Shown: piece after piece, positions 1 to 12,680 of the stretch | Layout: each line of letters starts with the position of its first letter | Position numbering within the stretch: the stretch's first letter is position 1 | Assembly (NCBI RefSeq): GCF_963921235.1 | Contig: NC_086101.1 | Location: 4,156,001-4,220,000, forward strand | Origin: Mobula hypostoma | Lineage: Eukaryota | Direction of reading: 5' to 3' | DNA length: 64,000 bases | Notes under the pieces: generated by a model | Seen by the model: only the letters and a program-made list of their open reading frames with translations | What the model was told of the DNA's origin: nothing | Database searches by the model: none | Position numbers and translations under genes: made by a program

Positions 1-169
1 TGCTGTACTATTCTATGTTCTATGTTCTAAGTAAGGTAAGTGGATATGGCAAGATGTATGTTATATGAAGTGAAATACAGTCTAAGAGAACAGGGCAGTG
101 AAAATACAGAAAGTTACAAAATAAGTAAATAGCGCCAAACAAAAAATGGAATAATGAGTTAGGACAAGA

Positions 170-545
170 CACCCAGAATGCTGAAGGAACTCAGCAGGTC
201 AGGCAGCATCAATGGAGGGGAATAAACAGTCAATGTTTCGGGCTGAGACCCTTCATCAGGACTGGAAAGGAAGGGGGCAGAAGATGCTAATAGACTTGCA
301 GGTGAAGTGTTGCCTCACCTGGAAGGAATGCTTTGATGGTGAGGAACAGGGGGTGCTCTCTCCTACTCACACAGATAAGGTGGGGAGCAGGAAGGAGCGA
401 GTGGACAAGGGATTCACGAAAAGAGTGATCCATACGGACAGTGGAGAGTGTGGGGTGGAGTGATGCGGAGGGAAAGATGTGTTTAGCGGCAGTATCCCGT
501 TGAAGGAGACAGAAAGTTGAGGAGAAGGATATGCTGGGTATGGAG
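170..545 (-). mobile_element. Penelope-like element fragment with degenerate hammerhead motif (227-264)
   Basis: Reverse complement matches the Penelope copy at 14357-15207 (ttccaggtgaggcaacacttcacctg; cctgatgaagggtctcagcccgaaac; gatgctgcctgacctgctgagttcc). Confidence 0.8.
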
Positions 546-604
546 GCAAAATCCAGCAGAATTTATTGCCGTTTTCTGCAACACCGAGTCACCTTTGGGG
601 AAGA

Positions 605-965
605 TATAGATAGGTAGAATAGTACAGCACAGTACAGGCCCTTCAGCCCACAATGTTGTGCTGACCCTCAAACACTGCCTCCCATATAAGCCCCCAGCTT
701 AAATTCCTCCATATACCTGTCCAGTAGTCTCTTAAACTTCACTAGTGTATCTGCCTCCACCACTGACTCAGGCAGTGCATTCCACGCACCAACCACTCTC
801 TGAGTAAAAAACCTTCCTCTAATATCCCCCTTGAACTTCCCACCCCTTACCTTAAAGCCATGTACTGAGCAGTGGTGCCCTGGGGAAGAGGTGCTGGCTA
901 TCCACCCTATCTATTCCTCTTATTATCTTGTACACCTCTATCATGTCTCCTCTCAAACTCCGTCT
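605..965 (-). mobile_element. CR1 LINE 3' fragment
   Basis: ORF 852..1205 contains LERRSLRGDMIEVYKIIRGIDRVD; CR1-type 3' end. Confidence 0.8.
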
Positions 966-1028
966 CTCCAATATAGAAACAGGAGTAGGCCATTCGGTCC
1001 TTTGATCCTGTCCCACCATCCATTCACA

Positions 1029-2578
1029 AATGAAATGAAATATCTTTATTGTCATTGCATAGTACAATTTGTCATGCACCAATACAGCGAAAATGAGTTT
1101 ACAACTCTCGTACTCAATGCTATAAAACAACAAATAAAATATAAAAACAATAAATGAAATCAGGTTATCAGCCAGTACAAGCAACATCCAGCAGTACAAA
1201 AGCACAACTCAGATGCATGACAGTCTTAAAACCAGTATTAAAGTAGTAATATAACAATTTATAGATGATGCTTAATCGATTGGTTCACAGCAATTATAGA
1301 TCTGGGGAAAAAGCTATTTTTCAGTCTGGAAGTGCGGGCATAGAAAATTTTATAACGTCTGCCGGATGGAAAAAGTTCAAACAGATGATTGCATGGGTGT
1401 GTATTGTCCTTACAGATGCTTGTAACTTTCCTCAGGCAGCGAGAGCTGTAGGTGTCCTCCAGGGCTGGGAGCTGTGTCGCGATGATCTTCTGTGGGCTGG
1501 AGACGACCCGCTGAAGTGCTTTCCTATCAGCTGCTGTACAACTGAGATACCACACAGAGATGCAGTATGTTAAGATGCTCTCTATGGTGCAGCGGTAAAA
1601 GGTCACCAGCATCTGTTCAGGGAGACCAGCTTTCTTCAGCGTCCTGAAGAAAAACAAGCGTTGCTGTGCTTTCTTAACTATTGTTGTGGTGTTAGTGTAT
1701 TCCCAGAAACCTGAAACTGGACACTCTCTCCACTATGTCTCCGTTAATGTAGACTGGAGCGTACTTATCATCCTGTGACTTTCCAAAGTTGATAATTAGC
1801 TCCTTCGTTTTTGCTGTATTAAGAGACAGGTTGTTCTCTGAGCACCAGCTCACTAAGTTCTGTACCTCCGCTCTGTACGCTGATTCGTCTCTGTTGGAGA
1901 TCAACCCGATCACTGTTGTGTCATCTGCAAATTTGACAATGGTATTGGCGTTACATGCAGGTACACAGTCGTAAGTGAAGAGGGAGTAGAGTATGGGACT
2001 CACTACACAACCTTGTGGTGTACCAGTGTTCAGGATAGTAGTGGAGGACAGGCGAGGGCCCAGTCTCACTGCCTGTGAACGGCCTGACAAGAAATTCAGG
2101 ACCCAGTTGCAGAGTGATGAGCTGAGGCCTAGCTGGTGGAGTTTGGAGATGAGCTTGCTGGGGATGACGGTATTAAAAACAGAGCTGTAATCAGCAAACA
2201 ACATCCTCACGTATGTGCCATTTCCCTCCAGGTGTGTCAGGACAGTGTGAAGAGCTATTGTGATGGCATCCTCCGTGGACCTGGTTTGCTTTACAGGCAA
2301 ACTGGTGTGAGTCCAGTGTAGCAGGGTGAGTGACTTTAATGTGGGAGAGGACCAGTCTCTCAAAGCACTTCATTATTATTGGTGTGAGGACAACCGAACG
2401 ATAGTCATTCAAATTGTTGATGCATGTTTTCTTCGGGACAGGCACTATGATGGCTGACTTCAGGCACTTGGGGACCATGCCTGGGATAGAGACAGATTGA
2501 AAATTCTCGTAAATACATCAGCCAGTTGTTCAGCACAGTCTTTAAGTACCCGTCCTGGAACTCCATCTGGGCCTGAGC
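1029..2578 (-). mobile_element. Rex1/Babar LINE, 5'-truncated
   Basis: RT motifs GPDG...TGTPQGCV...KFADDTT, C-terminal FYRCTIESILTYCISVWY; AATAAA plus (CATTT)n tail at ~1029-1050. Confidence 0.88.
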
Positions 2579-3130
2579 ATTGTACTTTATTGCCGCTTAT
2601 TTTATTTAATCTTATCACTTTGCCTTGTTGAGTACTATCCCGACAAATCACTAATAGCGATCCATTTCATAAAATCTTTGCACTTTTGACTTCACCTATA
2701 AGTTTATTGATTATCTTCGTCAAATGAATCGGGTTCCATTCACCAAAAGATGCTCCGTCTTCGCTCAATTTTATATTTGCTTTAATCTCATCTTCTTTCC
2801 GTTGTTTTGCTATCCTGTTTTGTTTGTCCCCTGACTCCTCAGAGTTTGACACCTCATACCTCTGCTTTCTTTTTCCTACTCTTTCCACTCCATTCCTCTT
2901 TCTCGCCAACGTCCATCTCTAACTCACTTCCACTATCCATCGACCAGCAGTTCATCCTGTGAGATATTCTCTTTATCAACTCAGCAGATGTGGCCTCCCT
3001 ACTCGTCTCCTCTCAGCAGTTCCGCCCACGATCGGCACTCCGGTCTGGCTCGAATCGGTGATGAAAACAAGCAATGTGCAGGCTCAGTACTCCACAATTC
3101 GGCTCTATTCTTGCAACTCGCCTCTCCCCA
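2579..3130 (-). mobile_element. I/Nimb-clade LINE 5' region and ORF1 N-terminus (fragment)
   Basis: GASFGEWNPIHLTKIINKLIGEVKSAKIL*NGSLLVICRDSTQQGKVIRLNKISGNKVQCS resembles I/Nimb ORF1 proteins; family assignment is from recognition only. Confidence 0.55.
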
Positions 3131-3194
3131 ATTCAGCCTCAACTCGAATCAACTCAATTCGACTGAACCTCCACTCCACTCACGAGATCACTGC

Positions 3195-3345
3195 ATCTTG
3201 CTCACATGGTTTCCTTCCCACAGTTCAAATATATACGTTAATTGGTCATTTGTAAATTGCCCTGTGACTAGGTGAGGATTGCTGTGCGGAGCAGTGCGAG
3301 GGGCTGGAAAGACCTGTCCCATGCTGGAACTTCAAATAAAACTAA
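3195..3345 (+). mobile_element. V-SINE-like fragment
   Basis: ggtttccttcccacag...taattggtcatttgtaaattgccc V-domain-like sequence; similar copy at 10590-10770. Confidence 0.55.
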
Positions 3346-3379
3346 ATTAACATCGCAGCTGAATTTCAACCTTTGCCCA

Positions 3380-4213
3380 ATTTTTCTGAAACTCCTTTGA
3401 ATCTCTCCAATGACAACTCATCCATTCTTAGGTAAAGGGCCCAAAACTGCTCACAAAACTCCCAGTGAAGCCTCACAATTGCTTTATAAAGTGTCAATAT
3501 TACATCCTTGCTTTTATATTCCAGTCCTATTGAAATGAATGTATTTGCCCTCCTCACCACAGACTCAACCTGCAAATTAACCTTCAGGAAATCCTGCACA
3601 AGTCCCTTTGCACCTCAGATTTTTGAATTTTCTCTCCACTTAGAAAATAGTCAACCCTGTTATTTCTTCTGGCAAAGTTCATGACTGTACTCTTCCCAAC
3701 ACTGCATTTCATCTGCTACTTCTTTGTCCATTCTCCTAACCTAACCAAGCCCTTCTGTAGCACCTCTACTTCATGAAAACTACCAGCCCCTCCACCCATC
3801 TTTGGATATCTGCAAACTTTGCCAGAAAGCCATCAATTCCATCATCAAAGTCATTGACGAAGAATTGGTCCCAACGCAGACCCCTGTAGCACAACTCTAG
3901 TCACCGGCAGCCAGTCAGAAAGGCTCCCTTTATTCTAACTCTTTGCCTTCTACCAATCAACCATTGCTTTATCCATGCTAGAATCTTTCCTGTAATACCA
4001 CAGGCTTGTAGCTTGTTAAGAAGTCTTAGGTGTGGCACCTCGTCAAATGTCTTCTGAAAAACCAAGAACACAACGTCAACCAATTCTCCTGTCTACCCTG
4101 CTTGTTATTTCTTCAATGAATTCCAACAGATTTGTCGGGCATGAATTTCCCTTGAGGAAACTATGCTGACTACAGCCTATTTTATCATGTGCCTCCAAGT
4201 ACGTGCATCCTTA
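3380..4213 (-). mobile_element. CR1 LINE RT fragment (older)
   Basis: VDVVFLVFQKTFDEVPHLRLLNKL and LTLYKAIVRLHWEFCEQFW remnants. Confidence 0.85.
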
Positions 4214-5075
4214 ATATAACCATATAACAATTACAGCACGGAAACAAGCCATCTCGGCCCTTCTAGTCCGTGCTGAACGCTTACTCTCACCTAGTCCCAC
4301 CGACCTGCACTCAGCCCATAACCCTCCATTCCTTTCCTGTCCATATAGCTGTCCAATTTTACTTTAAATGACAACATCGAACCTGCCTCTACCACTTCTG
4401 CTGGAAGCTCGTTCCACACAGCTACCATTCTCTGAGTAAAGAAGTTCCCCCTCATATTACCCCTAAACTTTTGCCCCCTGACTCTCAATTCATATCCTCT
4501 TGTTTGAATCTGCCCTACTCTCAATGGAAAAAGCCTATCCATGTCAACTCTATCCATCCCCCTCATAATTTTAAGTACCTCTATCTAGTCCCCACTCAAC
4601 CTTCTACACTCCAAAGATTAAAGACCCAACTTGTTCAACCTTTCTCTGTAACTTAGGTGAGGAAACCCAGGTAACATTCTAGTAAATCTTCTCTGTACCC
4701 TCCCTATTTTGTTGACATCTTTGCTATAATTTGGTGACCAGAACTGTACCCAATACTCCAGATTTGGCCTTTCCAATGCCTTGTACAATTTTAACATTAC
4801 ATCCCAACTCCCATACTCGATGCTCTGATTTATAAAGACCAGCATACCAAAAGCCTCCTTCACCATCCTATCCATATGAGATTCCATCTTCAGGGAACCA
4901 TGCACCATTATTCCTAGATCCCTCTGTTCTACTGCGTTCTTCAATGCCCTACCATTTACCATGTATGTCCTATCTTGATTAGTCGTACCAAAATGGAGTG
5001 CCTCACACTTATCAGCATTAAGCGCCATCTGCCATCTTTCAGCCCACTCTTCTAACTGGCCTAAATCTCTCTGCA

Positions 5076-6474
5076 TGTCATGGTCCGGTCCGTGAAGTCT
5101 GCATTCCGGTTCATGTTCCAGTCCGTGGACTCAGGACTCCAGGTCTTCCAGCTGTCCCTTGTTTGAGTTGATCATTGGCACCTGATTCCCATCTTTGCGC
5201 TTGCAATATAAGTAGCCTTGGGATTGAGTGTGGGCTGCTTGTTTGTCTTGTCAGTCCTCCTTGGAGCAACCTGCTGATGGAAGGCTAGTGAAACCATTTG
5301 TGATCTCTAGGCCTGGTTGGAGGACCACTGCTTCATGGAGCCTTGTTGCCACTCGTTGGAGTGGTCTTTGCGGTATGGATTTGGCTGTTTCCTGGGCCAG
5401 CTGGGTGGCTGCCAGCCACTCCTAGCTAGGTAGGGATCTAGCTGTTTCCGTAGCCAGCTGAGGTTGCTGGCCGAACTGAGACTCGGAGCTTCCCCGGAGC
5501 AGAGATGGAACTGTCTGTCATTCTTTGGTGTTTCTCTCTTCTTGTCCTTGCCTCCATGGGGTAAGCCAGGCTGTTTTGCCATTGCCCTGCGGGGGCACCT
5601 GTCTTGTCCTTGCCTCTGCTGGGCAAGTCCGGCCATTCTGCCATTGCCTGATGGAGAGACCTGTCCCACCTTGGTGTGGAGAAGTTGAGTCCCAGCTTGT
5701 CTTAGGATAAGTCCTGGCTCTATGTCTATGTTCTGTCCTATGTCATGTTAAAGATGAGTCCGGACTTGTCGAAGGATAAGTCCTGGCTCTGTGTTGATGT
5801 TTAGTTCCCATTCTGTCTCTGAGCTCCAAGAAGCCAAGCCTCAACAATCCCGCAGCCAAGCTCAAAATCCAAGACCCCAAGCCTCGAGGATCCCAAGCCA
5901 AGCTCAAAACCCAAGACCCCAAGCCTCGAGGATCCCAAGCCAAGCTCAATACCCAAGACCCCAAGCCTCGAGGATCCCAAGCCAAGCTCAAAACCCAAGA
6001 CCCCAAGCCTCGAGGATCCCAAGCCAAGCTCAATACCCAAGACCCCAAGCCTCAAGCCATGTCATGTCCTTGCCTAGTTCCGGGGTCCGAGCCCGAAGCA
6101 AGACCCAGGTTCTGGGTCCTTGTCCAGTCTCGGGCTCAAGAGTCTGAGCCTTGTCTTGTCCCCAAGCTCAGGCCTCTAGACCCCAGCCACGTCCTGTCCT
6201 GAAGCCATGTCATGTCCTTGACTGGTTCCAGGGTCCGAGCCCGAGGCAAGACCCAGGTTCTGGGTCCTTGTCCAGTCTCGAGCTCGGAGTCCAAGCCTTG
6301 TCTCCTAGTCCATGGTTCCTAGTCCTGGTCCTGCTTTCCCTAGCCCAACTCTGCGTTCTTGTCCCTGCTCCTTGCCTGAATCCTGTCACATCCCTACTCT
6401 AGTCAAGTCCTGTTCCTTGTACTTCAGTGTCTGTGTCTCACAGTTGGGTCCGTTCCCAGCACCCCCTTGTGACA
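5076..6474. mobile_element. Solo LTR (Gypsy-type) with 5-bp TSD CTGCA
   Basis: TGTCA...TGACA termini, CTGCA at 5071-5075 and 6475-6479; the host CR1 frame resumes (GFQSLQ|RDLGQLEEW). Confidence 0.85.
5830..6058. repeat. 42-bp tandem repeat (~5 copies) inside the solo LTR
   Basis: Unit ccaagccaagctcaa(a/t)acccaagaccccaagcctcgaggatc. Confidence 0.92.
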
Positions 6475-8329
6475 CTGCAAGCTTTGAAAGCCTACTTCGT
6501 TATCCACAACTCCACCTATCTTAGTATCATCTGCATACTTACTCATCCAATTTACCACCCCATCATCCAGATCATTAATGTATATGACAAACAACATTGG
6601 ACCCAGTACAGATCCCTGAGACACCCCACTAGTCACCGGCCTCCAACCTGACAAACAGTTATTCACCACTACTCTCTGGCATCTCCCATCCAGCCACTGT
6701 TGAATCCATTTTACTACTTCAATATTAATACCCAATGATTGAACCTTCCTAACTAACCTTCCGTGTGGAACCTTGTCAAAGGCTTTACTGAAGTTCATAT
6801 AGACAACATCCACTGCTTTACCTTCGTCAACTTTTCTAGTAACCTCTTCAAAAAAATTCAATAAGATTTGTTAAGCCCGACCTTTCACGCACAAATCCAT
6901 GTTGACTGTTCCTAATCAGACCCTATCTATCCAGATAATTATATATACCACCTCTAAGACTACTTTCCATTAATTTACTCATCACTGACGTCAAACTCAC
7001 AGGCTGATAATTGCTAGGTTTACTCTTAGAGCCCTTTTCAAACAATGGAACAACATGAGCAATACGCCAATCCTCCGGCATCATCCCCGTTTCTAATGAC
7101 ATTTGAAATATTTCTGTCAGAGCCCCTGCTATTTCTGCACTAACTTACCTCAATGTCCTAGGGAATATCTTGTCAGGACCCGGAGACTTATCCACTTTTA
7201 TATTCCTTAAAAATGCCAATACTTCCTCTTCTTTAATCATCATAGTTTCCATAACTTCCCTACCTGTTTCCCTTACCTTACACAATTCAATATCCTTCTC
7301 CTTAGTGAATGCCCAAAGAAAAGAAATTGTTCAAAATCTCCTTCATCTCTTTTGGTTCCACACATAGCTGTCCACTCTGATTCTCTAAGGGACCAATTTT
7401 ATCCCTCATTATCCTTTTGTTATTGATACAACTGTAGAAAACTTTTGGATTTATTTTCACCTTACTTGCCAAAGCTACCTCTTATCTTCTTTTAGCTTTT
7501 CTAATTTCTTTCTTAAGATTCTTTTTACATTCTTTATATTCCTCGAGCACCTCATTTACTCCATGCTGCCTATATCTCTCTTTTTCTGAACCAAGTTTCC
7601 AATATCCCTCGAAAACCATGGCTCTCTCAAACTTTTAACCTTCCTTTCAACCCAACAGGAACATAAAGATTCTGTACCCTCAAAATTTCACCTCCATTTC
7701 TCTATTTCTTTATTACATCCTTCCCATAAAACAATTTGTCCCAATCCACTCCTCCTAAATCCTTTCGCATCTCCTTAAAGTTAGCCTTTCTCCAATCAAA
7801 AATCTCAACCCTGGGTCCAGACCTATCCTTCTCCATAATTATATTGAAACTAATGGCATTGTGATCACTGGACCTGAAGTGCTCCCCAACACATACCTCC
7901 GTCACCTGACCTTTCTCATTCCCTAACAGGAGATCGAACACTGCCCCTTCCCTAGTTGGTAGCTCTATGTATTGCTGCAAAAAACTATCCTGCTCACATT
8001 TTACAAATTCCAAACCATCCAGCCCTTTTACAGTATGGGCTTCCCAGTCAATGTGAGGAAAATTAAAATCTCCCACAATCACAACCTTGTGCTTTCTACA
8101 AATATCTGCTGTCTCCTTATAAATTTGCTCCTCCAATTCTCACTCACCATTAGATGGTCTATAATACACCCCCATAAGAGTTACTACACCTTTCCCATTC
8201 CTTAATTCCACCCAAATAGCCTCCCTAGATGAGCCCTCTAATCTATCCTGCCAGAGCATCGCTGTAATATTTTCTCTGACAAGCAATGCAACACCTCTCC
8301 CTCTTGTCCATCCGATTCTATCACACCTG

Positions 8330-10060
8330 AAGAAACACTGCACGTTGTGGGGTGAGGTGAGGACAGAACACTGCACAGTGTGGGGTGAGGTGACCGGGGA
8401 ACACTGCACAGTGTGGGGTGAGGTGACCAGGGAACACTGCACACTGTGGGGTGAGGTGACAAGGGAACACTGCACAGTGTGGGGTGAGGTGATGAGGGAA
8501 CACTGCACAGTGTGGGGTGAGGTGACGAGGGAACACTGCACAGTGTGGGCGAGGTGAGGAGGGAATACTGCACAGTGTGGGGTGAGGTGACAAGGGAACA
8601 CTGCACAGTGTGGGGTGAGGTGATGAGGGAACACTGCACACTGTGGGGTGAGGTGATGAGGGAACACTGCACACTGTGGGGTGAGGTGACAAGGGAACAC
8701 TGCACAGTGTGGGGTGAGGTGATGAGGGAACACTGCACAGTGTGGGCGAGGTGAGGACGGAATACTGCACAGTGTGGGGTGAGGTGACCAGGGAACACTG
8801 CACAGTGTGGGGTGAGGTGAATAGGGAACACTGCACAGTGTGGGCAAGGTGAGGAGGGAATACTGCACAGTGTGGGGTGAGGTGACCGGGGAACACTGCA
8901 CAGTGTGGGGTGAGGTGACCAGGGAACACTGCACACTGTGGGGTGAGGTGACAAGGGAACACTGCACAGTGTGGGGTGAGGTGACAAGGGAACACTGCAC
9001 AGTGTGGGGTGAGGTGACGAGGGAACACTGCACAGTGTGGGCGAGGTGAGGAGGGAATACTGCACAGTGTGGGGTGAGGTGACAAGGGAACACTGCACAG
9101 TGTGGGGTGAGGTGATGAGGGAACACTGCACACTGTGGGGTGAGGTGACAAGGGAACACTGCACAGTGTGGGGTGAGGTGATGAGGGAACACTGCACAGT
9201 GTGGGGTGAGGTGATGAGGGAACACTGCACAGTGTGGTGTGAGGTGACCAGGGAACACTGCACAGTGTGGTGTGAGGTGACCAGGGAACACTGCACAGTG
9301 TGGGGTGAGGTGATGAGGGAACACTGCACAGTGTGGGATGAGGTGAGGAGGGAACACTGCACAGTGTGGTGTGAGGTGACCAGGGAACATGGCACATTGT
9401 GGGGTGAGGTGACGAGGGAACACTGCACAGTGTGGGGTGAGGTGACCAGGGAACACTGCACAGTGTGGTGTGAGGTGACAGGGGAACACTGCACAGTGTG
9501 GGGTGAGGTGACTGGGGAACACTGCACATTGTGGGGTGAGGTGACCAGGGAACACTGCACAGTGTGGGGTGAGGTGACGAGGGAACACTGCACAGTGTAG
9601 GGTGAGGTGACCAGGGAACACTGCACAGTGTGGGGTGAGGTGACCAGGGAACACTGCACAGTGTGGGGTGAGGTGACCAGGGAACACTGCGCATTGTGGG
9701 GTGAGGTGATGAGGGAACACTGCACAGTGTGGGGTGAGGTGACCAGGGAACACTGCGCATTGTGGGGTGAGGTGATGAGGGAACACTGCACAGTGTGGGG
9801 CGAGGTGATCAGGGAACACTGCACAGTGTGGGGTGAGGTGACGAGGGAACACTGCACAGTGTTGGGTGAGGTGACCAGGGAACACTGCACAGTGTGGGGT
9901 GAGGTGACCAGGGAACACTACACAGTGTGGGCTGAGGTGACGAGGGAGTGCCACACTGCGATGGAAGCTGGTGAAGGGTAAGACACAAGGAGGCGCCACA
10001 CAGTGGGAGGTGAGGGGACGAGGGAGTGCAACACAGCCTGAGGTGAGGTGACGAGGGAAT
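8330..10060. repeat. 33-bp minisatellite (~50 copies)
   Basis: Unit agggaacactgcacagtgtggggtgaggtgacc with variants; degenerates after ~9940. Confidence 0.97.
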
Positions 10061-10214
10061 AATGCACATCTACCGCAGGAGGGAGCAATGTTACCATCAG
10101 GAAGCGTTTCTGTGATGTTGCTCCCCTTCTGTTGAACCCACACAAAGGCACCAGGGTAGGATGCAGGTTAGCACAGAACTCTGACTGAACTCTGCATGTT
10201 ATCCCCAAGTGCCA

Positions 10215-10590
10215 GAGTATACAATTGTAACGTCGTCTGTAAGGAGTCTGTACATTAGCACAAATACGCGTGTTTACAATTGTAAAGCCATCTGTAAGGA
10301 GTCTGTACGTTAACCAGAGTGCGCATGGGTTTACAATTCTAATGCAGTCTATAAGGAGTCTGTACATTACTCCGAGTGTGCATGCATTTACAGTTGTAAC
10401 GTTGTATGTAATGAGTCTGTACATTACTGAGTGTGTGTGGGTTTTCAATTATAACATTGTATGTAATGAGTCTGTACATTACCCCTAGTGTACATGGGTT
10501 TACAATTGTAACATTGTATGTAATGAGTCTGTACATTACTGAGTGTGTGTGGGTTTACAATTATAACATTGTATGTAATGAGTCTGTACA
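10215..10590. repeat. ~56-bp tandem repeat (~7 copies)
   Basis: Recurrent gggtttacaattgtaacattgtatgtaatgagtctgtacattac. Confidence 0.88.
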
Positions 10591-10770
10591 CTCTCCCTGA
10601 GTTTTCTCCGGTTTCTGCAGTTTCCTCCCACCATCCAACGACATTCTGGTTGCTAAGTTAACTGGTCATTGTGATTGTCCTGTGATTAGGCTGGAGATCA
10701 ATCTGCGGCTGTGTGGCTCATTGGGCCAGAATTGCTTGTCTCCCACTGTGTCTTTTCAGAAATAAATTAA
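10590..10770 (+). mobile_element. V-SINE-like fragment
   Basis: ttttctccggtttctgcagtttcctcccaccatcc...taactggtcattgt V-domain-like sequence ending in aataaa. Confidence 0.6.
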
Positions 10771-10826
10771 CATTAACTCCCTCTGTCATTGCCCCTTCCC
10801 TTGTCCATCTGGAGAAGCGTGCTCAC

Positions 10827-10958
10827 CGTCAGTGAATAAAATTGTGGCAAATCTAATGTCCTTCCACGTGCTTTTAAAATGTTGCTTTGAGAACAGCATC
10901 ATTTTATAAACCTCATGCAGTGCCGCGTGGATGTTGGTGCCCCTCAGGTCCTTGTGAG
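10827..10958 (-). CDS. CFB: Complement factor B/C2-like, third vWA exon (MIDAS Thr and Asp)
   Basis: ttccacag / gtgagc; 132 bp, phase 1/1. Encodes AHKDLRGTNIHAALHEVYKMMLFSKQHFKSTWKDIRFATILFTDG (GTN and TDG motifs). Confidence 0.94.
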
Positions 10959-11129
10959 CTGTGGAAAGATACAAGAGACTGACCTTAGAGAGAGGAAGAG
11001 TGGCTGGGCGGACTGTTGCTTTCTGCCGAAAAGGATGGGACAGTTGTCCCCTTCATGATGATGTCAGGGAGCTCGGGGACGGGAAGGAGCTTTGTTAGTC
11101 AAGCTAACAGACCTGGGTTTCCCGGCTTT

Positions 11130-12680
11130 AAACCATAAGACTTTTAGATGGGAGCAGAATTATGCCATGTGGTCCTTTGAGTTTGCTCTGCCATTCCAGA
11201 ATAGCTGATTTATTCCTCTGAAACCATTCTCCTGACATCTCTCTATAACCTTTGATGCCCTGACTGATCAATCTCCACCTTAAATGTACACGACGACTTG
11301 GCCACAGAAGACTGTGGCAATGAATTCCAGATTCACCACTCTCTAATAAAGAAATTCCTCCTCTTCGCTGTTCTAACTGGACGCCCCCTTATTCTGAGGC
11401 AGTGTTCTCTGATCTTAGACTGGACATGTTGAGGATGTTTCCTATAGTGGAGGAATCTACTTAGGCCTTTTCAATGAGATTCCCCCTTCCCTTCATTCGA
11501 CAAAACTCCAGCAGGTAGACAAAGGAGAATCGTTTAATGTTTTGTACTTGGATTTTCAGAAGGCCTTTGACAAGGTGCCAAACATGAGGATGCTTAACAA
11601 GCTTGAGCCCATGGTATTACAGGAAAGATTCTAGCATGAATACAACCATGCCTGATTGGGAGAAGACAAAGTGTGAATAAAGAGAGCCTGTTCTGGTGGG
11701 CTGCCAGTGACTAGTGATGTTCCACAGGGGTAAGCCTTGGGATGGACTCAATGACATAGCAATGATTTGGATGATGGAATTGATTGCTTTGTTGTAGATG
11801 ATATGAAGATGGGTGGAGGGACAGGTAGTTTGGAGGAAGTAGAGAGGCTACAGAGGACTCTGACAGACTAAGAGGATGGGCAAAGAAATGGGAAGTGTAT
11901 GGTCATGCACTTTGGCAGAAGAAATGAGGAGATGACTATTTTCTAAATGGAGAGAAAATACAAAAATCTGAGGTGCAAATGCAATTCACTCAAAAGGACT
12001 AGAATAAAGAATGAGACTTTATAAAGCACTGGCGAGGCTTCACTGAGTATTGTAAGCAGACTTGGGCCAGTAATCTTTGAAAAGATGTGCTGAAACTGGA
12101 GAGGGTTCAAAGCAGGTTCGCGAAAATGGTTCCAGGATTGAATGACTTCTCGCTGCTTGTCATAAAGGCTCTGGGTCTGTAGTCACTGGGATTCAGAAGA
12201 ATGAAGGGTGATCTCATTGAAATCTCTCAAGTGGTGAAAGGCCTTGATAGAGTGGATGTGGAGAAAATGTTTTCTATGGTGGGATTGTCTGAAACTGGAG
12301 GACACAGGTAGAGTCCTTTTAGTATGGAGATGTGAAAGGATTTCTTTAGCTAAAAAGTGGTGAATTTGGGGAATTCTTTGCCAGCTGTGGAGGCCAAGTC
12401 TTTATGTATATTTAAGGCAGAGGTTGATAGTTTTCTGATTGGTCAGGGCGTGAAGGGATACAGAGCGAAGGCAGGAGGTTAGGGCTGAGAGGAAAATTGG
12501 ATCAGCCATGATGAAATGGCAGAGCAAACTCAATGGACCAAATGGCCTAATTCTGCTCCTCCATTTTCTGGTCCTATGGAGCGCAGGCCCAGAGCCATCA
12601 AACACCTCCCTTTCATTCCTGGGATAACTCTCATGTACCTCCTCTGGACTCTCTCCAATGGCAGATCCTTTGCCCAGATT
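11130..12680. mobile_element. Nested CR1 remnants (plus-strand copy ~11515-12580 inside a minus-strand copy)
   Basis: ttggattttcagaaggcctttgacaaggtgcc RT remnant and CR1 3' ends in both orientations. Confidence 0.75.

Larger units (their letters stand above)
4214..8330 (-). mobile_element. CR1 LINE ORF2 (APE + RT), interrupted by a solo LTR
   Basis: VYYRPSN, VGDFNFP, SDHNAI, FSKAFDKVPH, GVSQGSVLGP, KYADDTK, LERPNLEY motifs; short-repeat tail at ~4214-4230. Confidence 0.92.

Noticed and set aside
8330..10060. CRISPR-like regular array
   Set aside because: No unique spacers, no cas genes, vertebrate context.
10095..10135. Possible small exon KGSNITETLPD as the next vWA exon
   Set aside because: Wrong phase and no similarity to the expected G..NMGG.P continuation.
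8140..10143. 667-, 550- and 479-aa Cys/His/Pro-rich ORFs
   Set aside because: Translation of a 33-bp minisatellite that is open in all three minus frames and runs into a CR1 endonuclease remnant.
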